Source: Candidatus Limnocylindria bacterium (lineage in GTDB: Bacteria > Chloroflexota > Limnocylindria > P2-11E). Taken from it: DNA of 64,000 nucleotides. Made by a program: the position numbers and the translations under genes. Location of the stretch: contig DASYUC010000080.1 in NCBI GenBank assembly GCA_036001645.1, positions 9,348 to 73,347 on the forward strand, written 5' to 3'. The notes beneath the pieces were generated by a model. That model did no database searches. It was not told where the DNA came from and saw nothing but the letters and a program-made list of their open reading frames with translations. How positions within the stretch are numbered: position 1 is the stretch's first letter; the number at the start of each line of letters is the position of its first letter. Shown in pieces: positions 8,919 to 16,179 of the stretch.

Positions 8919-9560
8919 CTAGGCCCCGATGGCGTCGGCTCTCGCGTGCATCGCTGCGTCCAGTGCGTCGAGTACCTCGCGCGGCGACCGTCGCTCGTGC
9001 GCCCCGCGCGTCGCGCCGATGGCGCGCACCACGGCGCGCGGGTCGTTGAGCGTGATGCCGAGTGCTTCGATCGCTTTCTCGCACTGCACGGTGTGCTCGA
9101 CGATGTGCGACGCGAAGCGGTGAAGCCGGAAACGGACATCGACCTGATGCGACACCTCATACGGCCCCCACTGCGACGGCCTGACCAGCTGATGGGGGTC
9201 AAGACCAGCGAGTGCCGCGTCGGTCTCGGCGCGGCGTGCCGCGAATGCCGCGAGGATGTCGAGCACACCGCCGCTGGTGTCGGCGGGATCGGGCTTCGGA
9301 CGGCGCTCGGGCGTGAGCCTGAGCGGCTCGTCGTCGCCACGGACGAGCGCGTGCTGCGTGTTCGCGCGATAGGAGCGCTCGACCTCGATCGCATGCACCA
9401 TCGTTCGGCGCACGCTCCACTCGCCCTCGGCTGGCGCGCGGTCGAGGAGATCGTCATCGATGCCGGCGAGGAGACCGCGCAGCCGGCCGAAAGCGATCTG
9501 CGCGAGCGTCAGGATCCGCGACGCCTCGTCGCCATCGGGCGCAAGAGCGGTCGCGGCCAT
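8919..9560 (-). CDS. DinB-family (DinB_2 / mycothiol-dependent isomerase-like) metal-binding protein
   Basis: Helical His-containing segments: WSVRRTMVHAIEVERSY, RFRLHRFASHIVEHTVQCEKA. The track ORF runs to 10073 but overlaps the upstream dehydrogenase gene. The first canonical start after that gene's stop is ATG 9560, and coding could begin earlier. Confidence 0.55.
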   Translation of the reverse strand: MAATALAPDGDEASRILTLAQIAFGRLRGLLAGIDDDLLDRAPAEGEWSVRRTMVHAIEVERSYRANTQHALVRGDDEPLRLTPERRPKPDPADTSGGVLDILAAFAARRAETDAALAGLDPHQLVRPSQWGPYEVSHQVDVRFRLHRFASHIVEHTVQCEKAIEALGITLNDPRAVVRAIGATRGAHERRSPREVLDALDAAMHARADAIGA

Positions 9561-9685
9561 CTGCTCCTCCTCGAGAGCATTGAAGAGCGCGTAGGCGGCA
9601 TCCGCGGGAGGATCGACGCCGCGCCATCGCCACGGCGCCTGCAGATCCCTGATGCGCGCAAGTCGCGCAAGCGCGCGGTCGAACG

Positions 9686-10585
9686 CTACGACCGTACGCG
9701 TGCCTCGATCTTCGAGAGCCTCTCGATGACCTTGATGAGCGCGTGGTTCCCCTCGCGCCCGCCACCGTCCTTCTGCAGCGCGTTGTACAGCTCGTGCACC
9801 AGCGCGGCGCCTGGGACGGAGATGTGATCGGCGAAAGCGTTGTCGAGCACGATGCGCAGGTCCTTCTGCTGGAGGTCGATCATGAAGCCAGGCCGAAAGT
9901 CGCCGGCGAGCATCTTCGGCGCGTAGTTCTGCATCGCCCATGACGATCCGGCTCCGCCGGCGATGACCTGACGCGTCTTCTCCAGGTCGATGCCCTGCGA
10001 CGCCGCGAACACCAGAGCCTCGGACACCCCCAGGTTGTTGAGCGCGACGGCGATCTGGTTCGCGAGCTTGCACGCCTGGCCCGCTCCGTGATCGCCGATG
10101 TGGACGATCGTCTTGCCGAGGGCCTCGAAGAGGGGCATCGCGCGCTTCACGTCGGAGGCGTCCCCGCCGATCATGATCGACAGCCGCGCTTCGATCGCGC
10201 CGAGCTCGCCCCCGGACACGGGCGCGTCGAGTGTGTGGAACGGCGGCCGGTTCTTCGCCGCGCGATCGGCGAACTCGCGTGTCGCGGCGGGGGAGATCGT
10301 GCTCATGTCGATGAGGAGCAGCCCCTCGCGCGCTCCGGCCGCGACGCCGTCCGGACCGAACACCGCGGCCTCGACGTCCGGCGTGTTCGGGACCATGGTG
10401 ACGACGATGTCGGATCGCTCCGCGACCTCGCGCGGCGTCTTCACGACCGTCGCGCCGTCCTTCGCGAGAGGCTCCGCGCGGGAGAGCGTCCGGTTCGTCG
10501 CGGTGACGGCGAAGCCCGACTTCATGGCGTTGCGGGCCATCGGCGCGCCCATGATCCCGGTGCCGACGAACCCGACGCGCTCCAC
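9686..10585 (-). CDS. NAD(P)-dependent 3-hydroxyisobutyrate / 2-hydroxy-3-oxopropionate (tartronate semialdehyde) reductase family
   Basis: 299 aa. Rossmann N-terminus VGFVGTGIMGAPMARN. HIBADH-like segments: DAPVSGG, GDHGAGQACKLANQI. Confidence 0.9.
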   Translation of the reverse strand: MERVGFVGTGIMGAPMARNAMKSGFAVTATNRTLSRAEPLAKDGATVVKTPREVAERSDIVVTMVPNTPDVEAAVFGPDGVAAGAREGLLLIDMSTISPAATREFADRAAKNRPPFHTLDAPVSGGELGAIEARLSIMIGGDASDVKRAMPLFEALGKTIVHIGDHGAGQACKLANQIAVALNNLGVSEALVFAASQGIDLEKTRQVIAGGAGSSWAMQNYAPKMLAGDFRPGFMIDLQQKDLRIVLDNAFADHISVPGAALVHELYNALQKDGGGREGNHALIKVIERLSKIEARVRS

Positions 10586-10935
10586 TAGTTGTCGTGCTCC
10601 TCTTCGCCGTTCTGCGGCTCGCCGTTCTCCTCGCGCGACATGAACAGCGTGCGGGTGTCGCCCTCTTCGGTGAGGAGGTAGGTGTTCTCCTCTTTCTCGT
10701 CGACGTTCACGGACGCGACGAGCAGGGCATCGGTCACGTGTGTGAAGCCGCCGGACCGCTGCAGCTCGTTGGCGATCGCCTCCGCCAGCGAATCCTCCTC
10801 GTAGGAGTCGAGCACGAGGACCCGTGCCCGCTTCACGAGCTCGAAAAAGTCGACCGGCTCCAGCTTGTCTTCGTGAGCGAGAAGGACGGCGGCGCCGATC
10901 TCCTCGTCGCCCTCGTGGATCTCGTAGAAGTGCAT
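10585..10935 (-). CDS. Hypothetical acidic protein (about 116 aa)
   Basis: Strong GC3 bias in this frame. ATG 10935 gives MHFYEIHEGDEEIG; the track uses TTG 10941. The stop overlaps the dehydrogenase start by 1 nt. I recognised no domain. Confidence 0.6.
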   Translation of the reverse strand: MHFYEIHEGDEEIGAAVLLAHEDKLEPVDFFELVKRARVLVLDSYEEDSLAEAIANELQRSGGFTHVTDALLVASVNVDEKEENTYLLTEEGDTRTLFMSREENGEPQNGEEEHDN

Positions 10936-10958
10936 CCGCAATACACTATGACCGTCCC

Positions 10959-12419
10959 ATGTCCGACGCTCCTACCACTACCGCGCCCACCGAACGCTCG
11001 TTCCGCCACACCATCCGCCGCGACGCGGGATCGAAGGTCTCGCTCGAGGTGGAGGTCGACGCCGAGCGTTTGACGCGTCAGGCCGACCGCGTCTTCGAGC
11101 GCCATAACCAGAAGGCGAAGATCCCCGGCTTCCGACCCGGCAAGGCGCCGCGCGCGATGTACGAGCGTAGCTACGGCGCCGAGCATCTATGGGCGGAAGC
11201 GGCGGAGGATCTCGTCGATCAGACCTACCGCGAGATCGTCGAGCTCGAGGACCTCTCGCCCCTCGACGACCCCAAAGTGGAGCTCACACAGCTCGAGCCG
11301 GGCAAGCCGATGCGCTGGAGCGCGACGGTCACGGTCCGGCCCGAGGTGACGCTCGGCGACTATGCCGGGCACGGCGCGACCATCGAGCCCGCGCCGCCGA
11401 GCGAGGCCGAGATCGAGAAGACGATCGAGGCGATGCGCGAGTCCCACGCGCAGCTTCAGCCGGTCGATCGGCCCGCCAAGCTCGGCGACATCGTGATGGT
11501 CGACATCGACGTCACGGTCGATGGCAAGACGCTTCCGCCCTTCGCCCGCAACGCGCACGTCGAGGCCGGCCGCACGACGTCGATCGCCGGCCTGGGCGAG
11601 GCGTTCGTCGGAATGAAGGCCGCCGACAGCAAGACAGTCGAGCTCGAGTTCTCAGGAGACACGGCGTCGGATGAGCTGCGCGGCAAGAAGGGCACCTTCT
11701 CGATCAGGGCGAGCCGGGTCTCGGAGAAGGTGCTGCCCGCCCTCGACGACGACTTCGCCAAGACCGTTGGCGTGAGCACCATCGCCGACCTCCGGCGCGA
11801 GGTGAAGAACGAGCTGGCGCATTCGGCATTCCATGAGGCCCGAGACGCGGCCGCCGACAAGATGCTCGATCACGCAGTCGCGACCGCGACCGTGGAGGTG
11901 CCGGAGGTCCTGGCCCAGGACGAGCTTGACCACATGGTGACCGACCTGAAGGCCCGCGTGCGCGAGCAGGGGATCACGTTCGAGCAATTCCTGCTGCAGG
12001 CGCGCAAGACGGAGGACGACATCCGCGGCGAGTGGAAGCCCGTCGCGGAGCGCCGCGCGAAATCGATCCTGGTCCTCGACGCGATCGCGAAGAAAGAAGG
12101 CGTCACGGTCTCGTCGAACGAGCTCGCCGCACAGGTCGCGATGACGCCTCTCGCGCAGCAGGATCCGCGTGCGCTGCGCGATCCGCTCGTGCTCGCGTCG
12201 TTCGCGCGTTCGATCCGCAATCGCAAGACCGTGGACAAGCTCATCGGCCTCGAGTCACCCGACGCGGAGACCGAGATGATCAAGAAGGCCGGCGGCGAGG
12301 GCACGAACCTTCATGGAGCGGCGCCGAAGCCCGATGAGCCCAAGATCATCGTTCCCGAGAAGTCGAACGCCACACCCGAGGGACGCGAAGCGCTTCGGGC
12401 GATGCTGGATAAGAAGTAG
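10959..12419 (+). CDS. tig: Trigger factor
   Basis: In-frame ATG 10959. Motifs: KIPGFRPGKAPRAMYERSYG, an FKBP-like middle domain (GDIVMVDIDVTVDG) and a C-terminal helical arm. The track ORF from 10824 overlaps the divergent gene. Confidence 0.9.
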   Translation: MSDAPTTTAPTERSFRHTIRRDAGSKVSLEVEVDAERLTRQADRVFERHNQKAKIPGFRPGKAPRAMYERSYGAEHLWAEAAEDLVDQTYREIVELEDLSPLDDPKVELTQLEPGKPMRWSATVTVRPEVTLGDYAGHGATIEPAPPSEAEIEKTIEAMRESHAQLQPVDRPAKLGDIVMVDIDVTVDGKTLPPFARNAHVEAGRTTSIAGLGEAFVGMKAADSKTVELEFSGDTASDELRGKKGTFSIRASRVSEKVLPALDDDFAKTVGVSTIADLRREVKNELAHSAFHEARDAAADKMLDHAVATATVEVPEVLAQDELDHMVTDLKARVREQGITFEQFLLQARKTEDDIRGEWKPVAERRAKSILVLDAIAKKEGVTVSSNELAAQVAMTPLAQQDPRALRDPLVLASFARSIRNRKTVDKLIGLESPDAETEMIKKAGGEGTNLHGAAPKPDEPKIIVPEKSNATPEGREALRAMLDKK

Positions 12420-12592
12420 TCCCGAGCGGCCGCTCTGGCGTTCGCGCGCGAGCGAGAACGGGTGCGGCGCTCCCTGAGCGAGCGTCTGCGCCCAGCCGGC
12501 CCGAACGTAGCGCGTGCCGTGAACGGCGGGCCGGCGTAGCCAGCAGCGAGCGAGGGGAGTGCCGCGCCGTTGAGCTCGCGAGAAGAAAAAGA

Positions 12593-12626
12593 GCGGCCGC
12601 TCCGGGGCTATCCTCGAAGCGGCCGC
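12593..12626 (-). terminator. Candidate intrinsic terminator for the dienelactone hydrolase operon
   Basis: GCGGCCGC (12593-12600) pairs with GCGGCCGC (12619-12626). On the minus strand the hairpin is followed by TCTTTTTCTTCT. The loop is long at 18 nt. Confidence 0.4.
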
Positions 12627-12644
12627 AGCGTTACGTGCCGACGA

Positions 12645-13622
12645 CTAGACGAGGTACTTGCGGAACCACTCCACGGTCGCGACCCAGGCCTTCTGAGCCG
12701 CTGCGGCGTTGTAGCGGTCGGGATTCGTGTCGTTGTGGAACGCGTGGTTCACGCCCGGATAGATCGTGATCGCATACGGCGAGCCTGACTTCTTCAGCTC
12801 CTGCTCCATCTGCTGCGTGCTGCTCGTGATGCGCGTGTCGAGCTCCGCGTAGACCGCGGACACCGCGGCCTTCGTCTTCGCGAGCTCGGTGTAGTTCGTC
12901 GGCTGCGGGCCGTAGAACGGCGCAGCGGCCTTCACGTCCGCCGTGCCCGCCGTGAGGACGCTCCACGTCTCACCGCCGCCGAAACAGAAGCCGACGACAC
13001 CGATGGCGCCGCTCGATTGGCCTTTCAGATATGCGATCGCCGCGTTGTGATCCGACAGCTTCGCGGCGGTGTCACGTTTCCCGAGCGCGGCATTGTACGC
13101 CGCGGCGTCGGTGAGCTTGTCGGCGCCGCCGTCGCGCGCGGCGAGATCGATGTTGATGCCGACGAAGCCCGCCGTCGCCACGCGACGGACGACGTCGCGG
13201 ATGTGTTCGGTCTGCCCGCGGTTCTCATGGATGACGACGACACCGGGCACGCGCGCGTTCGTCTTCGGTTTTGCCATGTAGGCCATGAGCGGAGCACCGT
13301 CGGCGCCCTTGACCTCGGGCTTCGACACGGTGATGCGCGGGTCGCTCTCCTGCACGGTCACGCCGCTGGGCACTGCGGAGGGCGGTGGGGTGCCGTACGC
13401 CTGCGGAACGAACGCGGTCGCCGCCGCGGCTGTCTGAGTGGCGACGCCGCCGGTGCTCGGGGCCGGCGTTCCGCATGCCGCAACAATGGTCGCTGCGAGC
13501 GCGGCGCTGCCGGAGATAAGGGTGACCCTCCGGAGAAGCTCGCGCCGCGAGATGAGCCCATCCATGTAGTCCTCGATGTGCTCATCGATGAAATAGCGCT
13601 GGGTCTCGTTCAGCTCGCCCAC
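12645..13622 (-). CDS. Dienelactone hydrolase family protein with Tat signal and lipobox
   Basis: N-terminus ISRRELLRRVTLISGSAALAATIVAAC. Alpha/beta hydrolase-like core: VVVIHENRGQTEHIRDV, GVVGFCFGGG, HAFHND. Confidence 0.85.
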   Translation of the reverse strand: MGELNETQRYFIDEHIEDYMDGLISRRELLRRVTLISGSAALAATIVAACGTPAPSTGGVATQTAAAATAFVPQAYGTPPPSAVPSGVTVQESDPRITVSKPEVKGADGAPLMAYMAKPKTNARVPGVVVIHENRGQTEHIRDVVRRVATAGFVGINIDLAARDGGADKLTDAAAYNAALGKRDTAAKLSDHNAAIAYLKGQSSGAIGVVGFCFGGGETWSVLTAGTADVKAAAPFYGPQPTNYTELAKTKAAVSAVYAELDTRITSSTQQMEQELKKSGSPYAITIYPGVNHAFHNDTNPDRYNAAAAQKAWVATVEWFRKYLV

Positions 13623-13687
13623 GGTCGTCCTCCCTTTGGCCTTCGGCGCTGTTTCGAATGTCTATACGCTCGAGGCCGCCCGCAGGC

Positions 13688-15082
13688 TCACACCCGGCGG
13701 GCGGCGCCGCGCGCGAGCCAGGAGCGTACTCGCGCACGCACCTGGGGCAGCGCGAACGGCTTCCGGATGTAATCCGTGATGCCGGCGTCGAACGCCGCGG
13801 CCATGTCGTCCTGCCGCGTCCGTGCGGTGAGCACGACGAACGGCGTGTCGCGGTAGCCATCGAGCGATCGCAGTCGCCTGCAGGCCGACAGCCCGTCCAA
13901 GTTCGGCATCTGGATGTCAACGAGCACGAGCTCGTACTTGACCAGCGCGGCTTTGCCCAGCATCTCCTCTCCATCGAACGCGACGTCCACGTCGTAGCCG
14001 TCGCCGCGCAACACGGCCTCGAGGATGCGCACGAGCGCGACGTCATCGTCGGCCACGAGGATCCGGGCTCGGCCGGGCATCGCGGCGGGCGCGGGCTCGA
14101 CATCGGTCGTGCGCGCGTACGGTCCCTCGGCGAGGAGGATCTCCTCGCCTTCGGCCGCCGCGACGATGCGCAGCGGTCGCTTCGACGCCATGACGCGGCT
14201 GGCCGCCACCGCGGTGAGATCGTCCACGCCACCGTCATCGCGGTCCGGGTCGTGATGGAACAGCACGAGCGTCTTCGCGTGCGCGGCGAGAGCGATGTCG
14301 ACCGCGTATTCGACGGTGCTATGTCCCCAGCCAGCTTTGGTCGGATAGTCCGCGGTGCCGTACTGCGCGTCGTGGACGACGACATCGGCGGCGGTGAGGA
14401 ACGCCGCGTGACGGGTGTCGCCGGTGTGCGCAAGGAGAGCTGGATCGAACCCATCCGCGGCGCGATCGGCGCGCCAGTGCGGAGTGCTGTGGGCCTCGTG
14501 ATCCGTGGCATACACGAAGGTGGCGGAGCCCGCCGTCACGCGGTAGCCGAGGCATGGTGCGGTGTGGTTCAGGAACTGCGTGCGGACCTTGATGCCGCCG
14601 ATCGAGAACTCCGTCTCACCGAGCTCGATGAAGTCGACCTTGGCTGGCAGCGATTCGAGCGGCACGGGGAAGTACGCGTAGTCCATCGTCCCGCCGACCG
14701 CGGTCGGCAGGCTCCGATCGACGCCCGAGGGTCCATAGACCGTGATGTGGCTGCCGGGAGTGAACGCCGGCAGGAAGAACGGCAGCCCCTGGATGTGATC
14801 GGCGTGGGTGTGCGAGAGGAGCAGATGGAGCCGCACCGGTCCCTTGTTCGCGAGAGCGAGCCCGAGCTTTCGCGCACCGGTGCCGCAGTCGAAGGCGAGC
14901 AGCGTGCCATCGTCGGTCGCGACCTCGATGCATGGCGTGTTGCCGCCGTAGCGAAGGGTCTCGGGGCCGGCCGCCGGGATCGAACCGCGCGTGCCCCAGA
15001 AACGGATGCGGATGTCAGCGCCCCACCGGGGCCAGGACCGTGAGCCGTGCCGCGAGATCGCGGAGCTGTTTGGACGCCGCAT
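13688..15082 (-). CDS. Fusion protein: MBL-fold metallo-hydrolase (N) + response regulator receiver (C)
   Basis: MBL: IRFWGTRGSIPAAG, YGGNTPCIEV, FDCGTG, LLLSHTHADHIQGLPFF, WGHST, LFHHDP (paralog of 2471..3301). REC: ARILVADDDVALVRILE, LVLVDIQMPNLDG, IRKPF. The only canonical start, ATG 15082, overlaps the upstream gene by 68 nt. Confidence 0.85.
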   Translation of the reverse strand: MRRPNSSAISRHGSRSWPRWGADIRIRFWGTRGSIPAAGPETLRYGGNTPCIEVATDDGTLLAFDCGTGARKLGLALANKGPVRLHLLLSHTHADHIQGLPFFLPAFTPGSHITVYGPSGVDRSLPTAVGGTMDYAYFPVPLESLPAKVDFIELGETEFSIGGIKVRTQFLNHTAPCLGYRVTAGSATFVYATDHEAHSTPHWRADRAADGFDPALLAHTGDTRHAAFLTAADVVVHDAQYGTADYPTKAGWGHSTVEYAVDIALAAHAKTLVLFHHDPDRDDGGVDDLTAVAASRVMASKRPLRIVAAAEGEEILLAEGPYARTTDVEPAPAAMPGRARILVADDDVALVRILEAVLRGDGYDVDVAFDGEEMLGKAALVKYELVLVDIQMPNLDGLSACRRLRSLDGYRDTPFVVLTARTRQDDMAAAFDAGITDYIRKPFALPQVRARVRSWLARGAARRV

Positions 15083-16154
15083 TGTCCGGATGGAGCACGA
15101 CGATCGGCCGGCCGCGGTCCGCGGCGTCGTCGAACGCGGGCGAGAAGGGCACGACGATGTCGGGCCGCCGATTGAAATAGCGCGAGACCTCGTCGGTCTC
15201 GAGTCCGGCCTGCGTCGTTCGGTTGACGACGAGCAGAGTCCGCTCCGTGGGGAACGAAAGCTTCTCGAGGACGTTGAGGCAGGCCCCGCCGGCTTTCATC
15301 GACGCGACGTGCGGCTCGGTCAAGACGCACACGCCGTCCGCGGTGTCGATCGCGGCCAGCAGCTGGGGCGTGAACGACGATGGCGTGTCGACCATGAGGT
15401 AATCGCTGCTACGCCGCAGGCGGTCGATGCTCTGCTGGACCGCACTCACCGTCACCAGCTCGGCGTGCTCGGGCACGCTGGAGCCCACGCAGACTTGAAC
15501 GCCGCTGCGGTCCTGCGCGATGAACGTCGCGAATGTCGCGTCGTCGAGCTGCTCCGGCTGCATGTCGGCGAGATCGGCGAGGGTGTGCTGCGGTTTGAGG
15601 TTGAGGTGCGAGGCGACGTTGCCGAACTCGAGGTTGAGATCGAGGACCGCGGTCTTGTACATCTTGGTCTCCGCGAGCGCGACCGCGCTGTTCACGGCGA
15701 GCGTGGTCGCGCCCGCGCCGCCCTTGCCGCGCAGGAACACCACGACGCGGCCGCGCTTGATCACCTCGCCGGCCCTCGCCTTCATGCGTTTGATGAGGAC
15801 CTCGATCTTGGCCGCCAGCACCGCCATCTCGACCGGTTTGGCGATGTACTCGTCCGCGCCCTCCGCATAGCCCGTGAGGATGTCGTCGGCCTGTTTGCGG
15901 GCGGACAGCATCACGATCGGCACGCGCGCCGTCCGGTGATCGGCACGCAGGCGCCGGGTGAGCTCGAAGCCGTTCATGTTCGGCATGTTCACGTCGGTGA
16001 CGATGAGGTCGGGCATCTTCGCTCGGATCTGCCGCAGCGCCTCGATGCCGTCTGTCGCGACGGCGACCTCGTAGCCGCGGCGCTGGAGCGACGACTCGAG
16101 CAGTTTGCGGATCTGCTCCTCGTCGTCGACGAGGAGGATGAGGTCGGCGCTCAA
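15015..16154 (-). CDS. Response regulator receiver + TadZ/CpaE-like (ParA/MinD superfamily) ATPase
   Basis: REC: LILLVDDEEQIRKLLE, LIVTDVNMPNMNG, IAKPV. ATPase with deviant Walker A: VVVFLRGKGGAGATTLAVNSA; also YLMVDTP. Start taken as TTG 16154, 25 nt after the kinase stop. ATG 16226 is the alternative and overlaps the kinase gene. Confidence 0.8.
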   Translation of the reverse strand: MSADLILLVDDEEQIRKLLESSLQRRGYEVAVATDGIEALRQIRAKMPDLIVTDVNMPNMNGFELTRRLRADHRTARVPIVMLSARKQADDILTGYAEGADEYIAKPVEMAVLAAKIEVLIKRMKARAGEVIKRGRVVVFLRGKGGAGATTLAVNSAVALAETKMYKTAVLDLNLEFGNVASHLNLKPQHTLADLADMQPEQLDDATFATFIAQDRSGVQVCVGSSVPEHAELVTVSAVQQSIDRLRRSSDYLMVDTPSSFTPQLLAAIDTADGVCVLTEPHVASMKAGGACLNVLEKLSFPTERTLLVVNRTTQAGLETDEVSRYFNRRPDIVVPFSPAFDDAADRGRPIVVLHPDNAASKQLRDLAARLTVLAPVGR

Positions 16155-16179
16155 ACGGTGCGGTCCGGCATCGGCGCGC

